Under the pieces are notes generated by a model. That model did no database searches, was not told the DNA's origin, and worked only from the letters and a program-made list of their open reading frames with translations. The position numbers and the translations under genes were made by a program. From a virus: a DNA stretch of 64,000 bases. Every line of letters starts with the position of its first letter. The stretch's first letter is position 1. Below, in pieces: positions 33,801 through 48,800 of the stretch. The stretch is taken from IMG/VR virus record IMGVR_UViG_3300022074_000004; one strand, given 5' to 3'.

Positions 33801-36800
33801 CTACTGGTTGGACATTTAATGGTGATGGAACAGCAACATCTGGTGGAACTTGGGAATTACAAACTCCACGCACAAGTAATGTCGGAATACTCGATCCAAA
33901 CACGGAGTATACAATTACTCTTGTTGTTGATTCAATAGCATCTGGACAATTTATGAGTGCTGCTTTCTCTAGAACTCATTCTCAGACCAACAATATCATA
34001 TGGAATGAAATAGGATCTAAAAACATATTCTCTCCTGGTACTTATACTGCAACAGCTACTCCAGGTGGCAATCTTGATGGATTTGTTCTTGCATCATATC
34101 ATTATGCTTCGGCTCTTAATGCAACAATTTCAAAATTAGAAATTGTTGGGCCACCCCCAGCAAGCCCTAGTGCATGGGATGGTGATTACACAGAGTCTTC
34201 TGAGACCGGTCCTTTTGCAATTACATCTAATGTGACATATCAACCAAATGTTCAGGTCATTGGTTCACTAACTGGAACTCTTCAAGGAACTGAATTATTT
34301 GATGGTGGTAATAATTACTTTAATGCTCAAGATGGCAATTACGAAGTACATGATGGAGCGGGTATTTCATTTACACCTCTCACTATTACTTCAAAGCTAG
34401 AGCTTGGATCAGTACTTGGAGGAGATGAGATTCAGCTGGTTCTTAATGCTGGTCTTCCTTCTGAGGTTTTAATCCCAGGAGATGTAACACCAAGGCAGAT
34501 GCTTGATCTTGATCTGACACAATACATTACATTGCCATATGTCCTTGAGAGTATTTCATGGAAAACATCCTATGGACAACAGTGGCAGGGTGGTGGAGTT
34601 TTAATTGCAAGCATCACAATTGATGATGTTGTAGTTGATCAAAACTATAGTTTTCAAAAGAACTTCTATCCACTTTATCTGACAGAACGTGCTGCATACA
34701 GAGCATCTGTTGCAGTTGATGAAGCAGTTTCTACTATCTATGAAGTAAAGGTTAGATATGATGCTGACCTTGGTGCGAATAAGTTTACTTTCAATCCTGA
34801 TAATATTGTTGATAATGATGAGTCTCTTGACCTTAATAAAAAATACGATCTTCAACTTGTAAGAGGTAAGAGATATAGATTTGATCAACAAGATGGGCAG
34901 GGAGATAATAATCAAAATTCAAATAATAATCATCCACTAAGATTTGCTTTCTCGGAAGATGGTCATGATCATGTTCCATTTGCTACTTATGATACTTATC
35001 GTGATTCAGTACTTGGTAGTGATACTGAAACTCCATATGGAGCACAACTTGCAGAGTTGTACATTCCATTTGATTGTCCAGATGTAATTTATTCCAAGTG
35101 CCATAATCACTCTGGAATGGGCCATGCTATCACTATTGTTGACCCAGAAGTCATCTCTGCTGATAAAAAAGTATTGAATGATGTTGTATATTTTGCTCCT
35201 AAGAATATTAAATATTATGATGATTTTGTAGATGTTCCTACTAGTGAAGTTGGACCAACTGCAGTTAATGGGCACTATCCACTTTATACCACATACGCTG
35301 GCGCTCTTGCAGCATCTTTAAATGATGCAAAACCAGTATTGTTCAATACTCCTGATACTGATGATATTAATTACTATGTTCCTGGAGGAATTGGTGCTTC
35401 AAGACTTTATGGAACCTTTGGATTTAAAGATTTAGATTCCCTTGGAGAAAAAACCTCATACACTTCTGAGACAGCTGTTCAACGGGAGGGTAATTCAGAT
35501 CAACATGTATTTGGTTATGGAAATTACAATGGAACTTCATCTGATAATGTTTATTATAATGGTGAGGATAGGAGTTGGGTATATCCAACCCGCAAGAGAT
35601 TTAACTCTGCAGTAAACTCCAAATATATTGTCTGTGCAGATAGGCAACTTTATAACTATACCGTTGATGCTTATGATGCTTATGGTCAATCTGGTGGGCA
35701 GATTCTTTTCTATGATAAACAAACCCATGAATATTTGGGTCACTTCCATCCATATCAGAATTTTAGAGATTATTTTGGAACTATCGGTGGAAGCAGCACT
35801 TATAAAAGAGAAATTGCATTTGGAATGGGACTTGCAATGAACGAAAAGTGGTTAGCTGTTGGTGGACCTGGTATGCTTGCAGTTGATCTTTCCGCAGGTT
35901 ATGGTAGTGCAAATAACACCATGAGTGGTTCTTATCATAGAGTTGGTGCTGTAGTTGTATATGATATAACAAAACCAACTATTGATGAAATTTATAACTC
36001 TGCAATTTTAATTGTTCCCGATGAAGAAAATGGTTTCTGGGCAGATCAATATGGTGGTAGACCGATTAGATTTGGATTCTCTGTAGATTTAGATGGAGAT
36101 AGATTAATTGTTGGTTCTCCACAGTCTAGTTCTCAAAATTATGATAGCACTGCAACAGGTAGTGGAAACAATAGACTTGAATACTATGGTAGATCTCATC
36201 TTTATACCTTAGATCCAGTATCTAATACTGCAACTTTTGACAAGCACTTAGATGTTCCATTCTATTCAAATAGACATAATGTTGAAATCACTGTCCATGA
36301 TAATTCTGGAGAACTTGCATGGATGAGAGGAAGGGGTTATGAGCCAAACTTCACTAAAAACCAAGCATATGGAACAGAGGTTGCATTTGGAGATAATTAT
36401 ATTGCAGTATCTGGTATTGCATCGGATTACCAGACTGCTTATCGTTATGATAATTCCAAGGTTGCTATTTTTGATAAGCAAGGTAATTACCTGCATACTC
36501 TTACTCCAAGACAGATGATATCACAGGGCACCGAATTCGGTTGCAAAATGATTTGGCATGGAGATATTCTCTTCATTGGTGCTCCAAGGGATAACACTTT
36601 CCATGAGATAAACTACGATGAAATTCTTAATGGTAGAGGAGCTATCTACATCTATGATTATGGTCGTTCTCCAAATCCAATGGGAGATGAAATTATTCTA
36701 AGACCAGGACGCAAGAGTCATAGACCATATATAGCATACAATTACAATAGTAGTGATAATGATCTGTTTGGAGAGTCTTTCGCAGTTAATGATGGTTATT

Positions 36801-39800
36801 TGTATGTAACACAATCCTTTACCTATGAGAGATTTGTGTATGTATTTAAACTGTCAGATATTCTTGGGCATAAAGGAAGATTGTTTGCTGAAAACTTTGC
36901 AACAATACCAGTTAAAGAAAGAGGCGCAACTGGCATAAATAGCGACTTCATAAATAGTAGTTACGAAAGAGCTCCTATCGTATGTGCAGATAATGAATCC
37001 CTGTCGGTCATTACTTATCACTCTCAAATCAGATTGAATATCTGGAATATTGGCATAAGTGCAGAGGATCAAATACTGAACTTGAGTGGATATTATCCTT
37101 TATATGAATTCAAGCATCTGGCAGCAGCTGAATCCTCAGATGGATCAACTACTGCAGTAGATATCGATGGTTCTACATATTATCAACCAGCTAATGCAAA
37201 TTACACAGTATTTTCTGGCGGGTATACTTTGGGTGCAGCATCACCAGTTGCTGTGGATGGACATTATCCACTATTTGAGTCAAAACTTGATGCTGAGTTC
37301 CATGATCCAGCTGGAGAATCTGTAGAATTTGTCAGTTCTACAGGATTCTTGTACTACAAGATGTCAGCACCGACTGTCACTACATGGGAAGGTGATTATG
37401 ATCCAGCGACATCTGAAACTGGTCCTCTTGATATTGGTTGGAACTATCCCCTCTACCTTACTGCAAATGGTGCAATCGCAGCATCAGGAGATAATTCAGC
37501 AACAACTCTAGATGTTGAAGGAACAACATATTACTATCCTGGTGGTGTATTTGGATCAAATGATGGTTCTTATCTCGTAAATGAAAACAACTTTACACAG
37601 AGTAAGTTAGGTCATTTGACACAGTATAGTCATAATTTGGATGGTACTCTGGTCGATGACCCTGAGAATATTTACTATCAGTTTGGTCGTACTATTGCTG
37701 CAACTGACACTTATATCGCTGTTGCTGCGCCTATGAGTCAGAAAAAAATCCATGCTGATGATGGATATAATAGTGCTCCTCGTGGTACAATCCGTGTCTA
37801 CAAGTATAATCCTGATGGTGAAGATACTTTTATCACAAAGATTGTCTCTGACGCTGTAAATACTGCTAATTATTATTGGTCATATACTGGACAAGAGGGT
37901 ATGTATGTATCCGAAGACGGATACCTGTATATCTCTACATATCTTGGAAATAGCTTTACATGGAACGGTGTTAATTATCCAGCTGGAGATGCAATTATTG
38001 AATTTGATCTCAACTCTGAAGATCCTGCAACGATTCAGGCATCAGAGCACATATATCAACCACAGAATACCAATGTGTGGACAGAAGGTACTGATGGTTA
38101 CAGAGAAACATATGCTCATGGATATGGTGGTAGTTTCAGCAATACTCAGCTTCTGCTTGGACGTGCTGCCAGTTATGACGGAGAGTATACAAGAAACATT
38201 GTAGTTAAGGGTAACAGATTATTTGTTGGTGCGCCACAATCAAATAGTTACTATGGTACTGTTTACATTTGGGATCGTACTACTAAAAATGAGATTCAAC
38301 CAATTGCGCATGCGCCACAGGATCCAGGTGGACAATATGGTACACAAAGATACTTTGGTGAATTTCTCTGCATTACAGATACTCACCTGTTAGTACACGC
38401 TACGTCTAATAGTTACAGTCAGAGTGGAGTATTTGCATACAAACTCGATACTTTAGAAGAAGATTATCGTTTAATGCCAAACGATACAATCAGTACTGAT
38501 TTTAGAAATGAGCACTTACTGCCTAAGGGAATTTATTGGGGCGATTATCAATCCATGGTTGGACGTTTCATGCAAGTTGATAATGGATATTTGTACCTCG
38601 CTACTGCAGGACAGGGTTCTAACATGTGGATGGCAAGGTGGAAATTAAGAGATACTACAGAGAATTTCTCTGGAAAAATGCCTGACAAGGTTTATTTCTT
38701 CAGTGATTTGCCTGAAGTACCACTTGATGCTCAGAATACTTCATCTAACATGAGATGGCCAAAGAATACTGTTATCAAGAATGGGCATATGCTCATTGGT
38801 AAGGATTCACATGATTCAGCTGCTGATTGGGAACGTGTATGGTTAGCAAATCTTGAAGATGATGACCTGTCAACTGCAACAATTCTTAAGTCACCACATA
38901 CTTTTGATGGCACTACAAGTTTTGGTAGATATGGTTCACTGGCAATTTCTAATAGAAAGACATACATTGGTGCCCTTGGAGCATATTATAAGAATGATGA
39001 TACTACCACTTATTCCGGTAACGTCTATGTTGCTAATTTATATGATGTTTCACTCATGGCTCTTCCAGTTGAAGATAGTGGATATTATCCATTATATAAG
39101 GGAGAGGAATATGCAACACAATCTGGGTTAGGTACTGGTATTCCAGTCGTTTATGGTGGTAAGAAGTATTATAGACCAAACTTCAATGCAGCTCCTGCAT
39201 TAGAAGACGGTCAAGGATGGTTGGGAAAAAATACAGATCCTACTGATTGGACATTTAATGGTGACGGAACAGCAACCTCTGGTGGAAATTGGTATTTACA
39301 AACTCCACGTACAGATAATGTTGGAATACTTGATCCAAATAAAGAGTATACAATTACTCTTGTTGTTGATTCAATATCAAGCGGTTTTATCAAGGCTGCT
39401 TTCTCTAGAGATCATAGCTTCAGTAACCAAATCAAATGGGACCAGCTTCCCCTTCATGTAAACATAAGCTCTCCTGGTACTTATACTGCAACAGTTACTC
39501 CAGGCAGCAATTTTGACGGATTTGTTATTGGATCACATCATTATTCTACGGCTCTTGATGCAACAATTTCAAAATTAGAAATTGCTGAAGCACCTTCGTA
39601 TACAACATGGGATGGTGACTACACCATTGATCAAGATGCTCCAAGAGCAGTTGATGGGCACTATCCTGTATATCTGACTATCAAAGAAGCTGTATTGAGT
39701 TCACCAAGTTCTGAATATTCTGTATTAAATGGAACTGATGGTGTTACATATTTCAAACCAACAGGAACAGCATCGTTTGATAGTGGTGTAACTAATGAAA

Positions 39801-42800
39801 ATATCTCGACACATGAGACTGGTCCATCTGTTATTGGTAACAGCTATCCAATGTATATCACCCACTTAGCATCCAATAATGAAAGTGCTGCTCGTGGTGG
39901 AAGTGGTCTGTCATTAAGAATAGCTGTTGATGGTGTTATGTACTACATGCCAATAGGCGTTAACTATCAAACCTGGATTGCTGGGGACTTTACTTCTAGT
40001 GAGGCAATTGTTGTTAATACTGATGGTACTGTTGATGCATCTACTGGAACATATCCTTTGTATACTTCTAGATTTGCTGCTGAGAATGTTTCTTGGGGAA
40101 CAGGTCAAGTACAGGAGTTTGAATATGGTGGTGTAGTTTACTTCATGCCATCAGGAACAAATGTTACAACATTCACTGGAAATACTTATAGTGAAGATGC
40201 AACATTTGAAATGCCTGGACTTAATCCTGGTACTCCTGATGTCGTAGTTCCTGAACTCACTCATACATCCATGACCTTGTTGGATGCTGCTTACTATGAA
40301 AAGTGGTCAGACAAACAAAACCTTTACCAACTTGAGGTCACACACCTATCAGATGGATCTCTCCATATAAAGAATACATCTGGAAGAAGTGGTTACATTG
40401 CCACAAAGGTCGTTGGTTCCTTCGACGGGGCATACCTTGAGATAGGAAAAACCTACAGACTTAAATTATCAGCTTCTGCATCATATGCAACTACATTCTT
40501 TATGACTAGGGCTACAAACGCTTATGGACACGAGGTATATGATGGCGGACATTTTGATACTTATGCTGAAGTTGCTATTCCTGCGGACGGACAATCTCAT
40601 GACTTTGAAGTTGACTTTGTAGCTGATTATGAATACGCAAATATCAGGCTCCTGCAACAGAGCGCATTCAAAGAAGTTACTATTCATAATATCGAAATTA
40701 TTGAACCTGGTACACCTGCAGATCCTCCAATCCAGCAGCCATTTACAAAACCAATTAGTGTTAATGGTTACTATCCATTATACTTAACTGAAGCGCATGC
40801 TAAACTTGGTGGAAATGGTAACATCAAAGAAATAAAAACTCTTGATTTTACAAATCCAACTTCTGGAAATGCACAGACTACATTCTTTATTCCTAATGGA
40901 GTTAGAACTTGGGAAGGCGATTATGATCTAGCAACATCTGATATTGAAAAACTTACTATCTCTGGTTATTATCCATTATTCTATACAGAAGCAGGTGCGG
41001 AAGCAGAATCTCCAACAAATAGTGCAATGACGCACGAAGTTGGTGGTCTTACTTACTTTATGCCACATGATACTTTTTATAAGACATATCATGGAGAGTT
41101 GGGATTACTTACAACATCTAAACAAGTTATTAGCACACAAAAACAAATTGAATTCCCAGCAGAAGTATCTGATTTGTCTGGAGATTATCCACAGATCTCA
41201 GTAGGTAAAGATTTCATTGCTTATAGCCAAGAAGATCAGACTAATGAAAAAGTATTCATCTTCTCTATAGATGGAACTTATCAATTCGCTCTTGATAAGA
41301 CTGAACTGAATGATAGTAATTACTCTACTTATACTTCATCTGGAAATCAATACAACTATTGGGGTAATGCGATTACATTCGGTAGAGATGAAAGTGGAAG
41401 TGCTACAAACGAATTGTATGTAGGTGAACCTGGCAATAACAACAGCGGAACCCAAGGTAGAGTTCACAAGTTTGTAATTAGTTCTGATAAACAGACCACA
41501 TATGATAGTGTTGCTACTGCAAATAACGCCACATATACAACCCAGCAGGATTGGAACTTCAAAATGCTTGGCAGCAGAATGACAATCTCTGAGAAAGGAA
41601 ATTACCTCCTCCTTGGTTCATATACTAACTATGCAAAGCATAGGGTTCTTAAGACCAGTGATATGACAGAGTTATATTCCGTTAGTAATGATTGGTCATC
41701 TTCATATCATGAAACACTATACATTAGTGAAGAGCAAGATCTTTTCCTCATTGGTATGCCAAGAAGAAATAATTACCGTGGTCAGATTAATGTTTACAGA
41801 TTATCGGACGGCACCAGACTTGGAACAGTGATGGGAGTAAACAACTGGCGCTACTTTGGTCAGGGCAGTATGTTTGTTAGAGGTAATTATATCATCAATT
41901 TCCATAATAACTACATGTCCTTGTGTAGTTTGGAAACTTTCACAGTAGTTGACACCAAGAGTTATTCCGGTGAAGAAATTTATAGTTCTAGTAGAAATAC
42001 TACATTCTATGTCGAAGATGATGAAGCAAATTCAGGAAATGGAGTATTCCAAGGAACCATGTGGATGGGTAACTACTATGATTATGCACATTTCATTGAT
42101 CCGCCTGAAGCATCTAGTAGTGGTCAGTGGGGTTCTATTCTCAAGTATCAGTGGAAACTTGATACAAACACGTCTAGCTCGTATATGTATAGTCATACCC
42201 CAGTGTGGGTTCATGATGTACATAATGTAGATAGGCATGATGCACTGAAGAAGATTAACGTATTTTCAAAATCTCAAGGAAGTAATAATGGTAGTTTTGG
42301 TAATGGACGTAGTTGGGATTTGAATAGTGCTAAGGATACAGTCATTGCGATGGCTAAGAATAAAGATTTATATCAGTACAAATATCGTGCTGTAAATGAA
42401 CTTCCTATCGCAAAGAATGGTTACTATCCACTCTATGAAATTGAATCTATTGCCAATAAGTACTCTGGTGATGGAACTTCTACTTTAGTTAACGTTGCTG
42501 TACAGCCAGAAATTATTGATTATGAAAATGATTTTACAAGTGATCAAAATAGTTATGGATATGTATCTAATGATTGGGGTAGTTCTTCTGTAAGAGTACA
42601 TGATACCACAGAAGGTTGCTTGAGTATTACTGATTCTTCATCAGGCTCTTCGTATTATTTGACCAACTTACCTCAAGATCAGTTGTACACTCTAGAGGTT
42701 GAAGTTGAGCAAACTGAAGGGGCTGAAGCTCAAGTCCACACTTATCTTCTGAATGAGTCTGGTTCTAGTGGTGGTTCTCATGCTCCTAGAACATTCTATT

Positions 42801-45800
42801 ACTCAGGTGCTGGTCGTAGGAAATTTACACTTGAAGTTAAGACTATTCGCAATGGTAGTTCTATTCAATTTATGCTTAAAAATAATAATGGTAGTGGGGA
42901 TGGAACAGTCAAACTTCATTATATTAAAGTATCTCATTTAGATACTACACAACCTCCCGTCAATGATTATTACTACTATCCAAATAATGTAACATATCAA
43001 ACTTGGACTCCTAAGTGGCATGAAGAATCTGAAAAATGGTGGGTCCCTCTTGCTCCTAGATATGGTAGTCAGATAACAACATATAATCATCCTGTTAGAA
43101 TGCATTATGCTGAAGAGCATGCAGAATCAGGTCCAAACGCAGTTGGTGGAAATTATCCATTATATGATACTATAAATGGTGCTTTTGATGGCAGTAAATC
43201 AGGTTACTTTGGAGCATTCCCCAACTTACAATCTGATGTAGCAGAAGTTGAGATTTCTGGTGTTACATATTTCCAACCAACTGGAGTTTCTACCTGGTCT
43301 GGTGATTACTTCGAATCTGGTTCTTATGACCCATCACCAGAAGTTATTGGATCATTTAATACTAGACCAGAAAATCTATTCAGTAATGGTAACTTTGGTG
43401 GATGGTTGACAGCTCATAAGCAAGGTGCTTCTTTCAGTCCAATTACAATTAACAGTTCATTGGTAATTAATAACTATACGCCACAAGGATCTTCTGGATA
43501 TGGACTTACTTTCAACTACGGACTTAGTTCTGAGGTTGTAATTCCTGGACCAACAGTAAGAGCAAGACAAGACTATGATGTCAGTCAATACCTGACCTTC
43601 CCATTTGTTCTTGAAAATATCGTCTTTACATTTAGAGACGGTGGAAAATCACAAACAATTGGTAATATCACAGTTGATGGTGTTCTTGTTGATGATACTT
43701 ACGGAACCCCTGCTTCAGATGCAGCAATAGCAGCTGCTTTACCACAATTAGTTAATGGTTACTACCCAGTATATTTGGCAGAGAAATTTGCAATCGAAGA
43801 AAGTGAAGTATATAATACTGGATCCGGATCTGCTACACCATATGTTGTCAACAATCTTCTCTACTACATGCCAGATAATGTTCCATATACAACATGGACT
43901 GGTGATTATTCAGACAATACTCCTCTCTCGATCGATGGTTATTATCCATTATATCGTTCGGAATTGGCATCTAATGCGCAGAGTACTGAACTTGGTGGAG
44001 ATGGTACATCAGTAGCCTATACTTTAAGTGATGGCACAATGTACTTTATGCCAGGATTAGTTACATCCACAACATGGACTGGTGATTTTGATGCAGCAAC
44101 TGTTGATGTTCTGCCATCAAACATTAATGGATATTTCCCAATGTATTATACTTCTAATGCTGCAGCTGCTGCAGGTTGGGGTGGAGTTTCCACTGTGAAT
44201 ATTAGTGGAGTTACATATTTCTATCCTACTATGGGACCAGCAACTTGGTTCGGTGATTTTGACCCAGCAACTGCTGATTTAGTCCCTGAAGATATTCAAG
44301 GATATTATCCTCTGTATAAGACTGCTGCTGGAGCAGGATCTGGATATGAAAAACTTGTATTTGAGACTGGTATCAGATATCTGAAAGTTGATGGAAATGA
44401 ATATCGTGGATCTTATAACAGATACACCTGGGATGAGATGCTGGCAACTGAGAAAGTATTTGCAAGATCAACTGATAAGGATGGTCTTCGTATCTACGGA
44501 GCTAACACTATTGCTACAGGTGGTGGAAGAATTCTGGTAAGTTCATATGATAGAAGATGTGAAATGTATGATATGGATGGTCAACTATTATATAATATTA
44601 TATCTCCAATCCAAAATCCTAGTGATTTCGGTTCTGGTGGAACAAATTGTCTCATCTCTGGTGATATGGCAGCAATTGCTGACAAGAGTTTCTCTTATGG
44701 CGGTCAATCTAATTGTGGTGCAGTTTATCTGTTCCCACTATACAGCACTCCAGAGGGATATACTGAAGAAGATAGACCAGGTGGTGGTCGTGGTACTCCT
44801 TCTGGTTATACTCATCCTCATAAGACATATGGTGGATTACCAAGAGAGCATGTAGTATTGAAGAGCCCAGAAGGTCCTATCAATCAGGAACAGTTCGGAC
44901 TGTCGATGGCAGCTGGTCATGGTTTATTAGCGGTCGGATGTTCTCCTAATGCAGCATCTACTGTAGTCAGTGGACAAAGAGGTAGAATTTACTTCTTTGA
45001 TCTTAAGACAGGTGAATATAAATTTACTATTAGAAAGGGTGGTTCTGACGATTATTCATATTTTGGTAGTAATGCCTTTAGTATTGCTATTGGATCTAAT
45101 ATGATTGCTGTCGGACACCAACGTGGTGGTTATTACTATGGTCTTGTATACATCTATGATCTTGAAGGAAATTACATTGCTAAACTTGCACAGCCTCAAA
45201 CTGGAGCTCAGCAGTGGAGTGATTTTGGATTCCATCTTTCACTTACACCAGAATACCTGATGGTTGGTGCAAAAACTTCTACTGTCTCAACTAGCAGTCA
45301 AGGCGTTGTGTACTACTTTAAGATCAGTGATATTTTGAGTGGAGATTATAAGTGTCCAAATGGACCAAGTAATTATTGGACTGGTCGTGGATATGAACCA
45401 ACTCACCCAATTGCCAAAACCGATGCAGTTGACTATCCAGATGATAGGATTGGAAATGCTAGTATGATTACTACTAATGATAAGGGATATAGTGGACTTC
45501 GAAGCAATGATGCTGCTACATGGGTTGTTGGTGCATATGGAAGAATCTTCTTAGGTGCTCACAGTCATGATAGATATCTCAGTCATGATGGTGTTGAAAG
45601 CGCCGGTAATGATTATGGTGCAGTATTCTCAGTTGACCTTGAAGAATTTGATGGTTCTACACTTCCTTCCGCTACAGCTAATTCTGATCACACTAGCAAT
45701 TGGGATAAAATACATGCAGATCGGAGCCAACAAGCTTATTCTTACCTCGGTAATGTATTTGCCCATGATAATATTTTGTTCATTAGTGCTAGTTACGGTC

Positions 45801-48800
45801 AAAACCCCAATTCAACTGATAGGGGTATTGTTAAAATGTATAAATTAGCTCCTGGAGCTGTTGAAGGAAACATTACGGAAGACATATCTGTAAGTGAAGT
45901 TACTTCTAACGCAGATGCTCAGAATGTTTCTAGCATGGGATTAGACCAATATCCACAAGTTGGTGCTTTATTGCATTCGGGTGATTCCGCACCAATCGGA
46001 GTATCTGATACATTAACGACATTAACAGATCCTGCTATAGAAGCTATTGGCGCAGAATGGCAGACAATTTCTACTCAATTCGTTGAGAGAATTGCTGATA
46101 TTGAAAATCTTGGCAATGGAGTTCTCCTTGCTGGTGGTGGCGATTATGGTCAACATCATACTAGTACTACTACTGATCGTAATTGGAATACTCATTCCAG
46201 AAAACTGTTCAGATCCGATGATAACGGAAAAACTTGGACAATTTCTGACCCAGCAAGAGCATTTGAACCATTCTTCTCTGATGAATCAGTTGGAACTTTT
46301 GGATCTACTGGTAACAATTCATATCATCATGAAAGAGAATCCGATACTTATCATTCAATTTGTAACTTGGGTGGTGGTAAGGTTCTTGTTTCTGTTGGTA
46401 CAAATGGACATCATGGGGATCAGTATTTCATTCCATACATTCTCAAGTCAGATGATTATGGATTGACCTGGACCGAGACTCATCCATTTGCTAACCCTAA
46501 TCACCTGCATGAGGATCAAAGTTACTATAATGAACACTATGTCTATCCAGAGAGAATTTTTGGAATTAGTTGCATGACACATATTGGTGGTGGTGTTGTT
46601 CTTGCTGGTGGTGGTGTTGAATTTATGACCAGTGGTTATACTGGTGATCTAAGAGGACAACTCTCTAGATCTACTGATTATGGAGAAACATGGACTAAGG
46701 TTAGATATCTACCTTCGACACCTCAGCTGCAAGGAAATGATATTTTCTTCATTGAAAAACTCAGCAATGGTAACACCTATATTGGTGTGAATTATATTTC
46801 TCATACTAAGTTGTTTAAGTCAAGTGATGATGGTGTAACTTGGGAACGTCTCACCTCATGGCCCGAACCATTCTATATGCCTCAAAACAATGGAAACATG
46901 CAAGTTAGACTTATTACTGGTGTAACTGAACTTTCTAACGGTAGGGTTCTCGTATCAGGCGGATCACCAATTGGAGACACTACAACAAGCTTTGGTGGTA
47001 TATTCTCCTTTATAGATGCTGCTGCCTTTGAATCTTGTGACACGACTGCAACTGTCCAAGTACCTAGTTCTGATTTTATCGTAAAAGATAAAACTAATAT
47101 CACCCACAATAGTGGAACTGCTGGGGCGTATGCACCACCAGGACTTACAGGTGGAATAGATTTCCCTTCTGGACAGGGAAGTTCAAATGATTCTAATGGA
47201 ATATTTGTATCAGCTTCCCATGACATTACAACTTTTGATGGTGATTTCACTGTTGAATTTTGGTTTAATGCAGATAACTTTGGTCCAGATGCTAACGAAT
47301 ATGGACTCAATGCAATGGTATTACTTGATGGCAGACCACATAATGGAAATGGAGCTCAGAATCTTGGTTCAATATATGCTAACGCTAGCGGCAGTGGTCA
47401 AAGTAATTTCACCCTGAGATATCATGCAAATGGTTCTGATGACATTAGCGGAAATATCAGTATGAGTTGTGGTACATGGAATCATGTTGCTCTTGTAAGA
47501 CATAATGGAGTGATAACTCTATATGTTAATGGAACTGCTGATGGCACACATAATGAATCCCAATCAATAGTTACTAATCCTGATAGACCATATATTGGTG
47601 CTTGGGGTTACGTTGAGGGAATCAACACTTTTGCATTTGATGGCAAGATATCAAACGTCAGAATTGGAACTACTGCGGTTTATACTTCTAATTTTACTCC
47701 ACCAACTTCAAATCTTTCTGTAATTGCTGGTACAACGTTCTTAGGACTTCAGTCCACTTCAAGTGCAAATGCATATCAATATGCACAAGGTACTACAGTG
47801 GACGGGTTAGGATTCAGTATATCAATTGTTCATGATTATGATGGCAATACTGAAGATAACAGTCGTTTTGATAGCAACCTTGCAGTTGTTGGTAAAGAAG
47901 CAAGTGATGTCCCAGGACTTGTATTTGCTATAACTAAGACCGACCACTACCCAGATAGTATGAGAAGTGCCGGTGTGTATAAGTCAACAGATTATGGAAT
48001 GAATTGGTATCATATACGTGGAGAAGCGGAAGACTTAACAGTATCAATGTATTCTGTTCCTGAATATATTGGTGGTGGTAGAGTACTTACCGGTACTGCT
48101 GTTAGGAATAGTGGATTTGCAAACGCTCGTAATGCTTTAGGTGGTCAAATCTTAATCTCTGATCCTTTCCTTGATAGTGCAAATGATCCCGCTTCACATG
48201 TTTCCATTGATTCTATGGGTGGCGATAGATCTATCTTGATTGATCTTGGTGCTGATAATGTTGCTGGACCAGGAGATGATGTATTCATCCAATTCAGTGC
48301 TCCTGTTTCAGAGGCATCTGGTATGGAAGGCAAGTTAGGTTTCTATGATAAGGATGGTCTTGAAATTATCTCTGGACCACATGCTGATGGTACAACTGAA
48401 ATTAAGATTGCGAATTCTGTTGGTGGTACTATCACTGATTACCAAGCAACACTTCATCAACCTGGTTCATATGTTTACAATAGCAATACCGTGACCGCTA
48501 GCGCCCAAGCGGGAGCAGTTACTACTGGTCTGAGTGATATTAAGCATATTACTGATGGTAGTATTCAGACCTATTGGGAAACATATGGTTTCTATGGCGC
48601 TTCTTCTGCACAAGAATGGGTTGCTTTTGGAAATCCAATTGATGCTACAAGTGATACAATTTCTCTCTATATTTCCTTCACTTATGCAAATTATGTGAAT
48701 AATCCAAATAGTGTAAATGTATTCCTTGAATTTGATGACGGATCACAAGAGAATAAGCTAATAACTAAGGATGCGACAACTGGTAACTTCGATCAGCAGG

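Noticed and set aside
33751-39584. Diversity-generating retroelement TR/VR pair
   Set aside because: Differences are not adenine-specific (many C/T synonymous changes and indels), both copies are coding, and no reverse transcriptase is in the window
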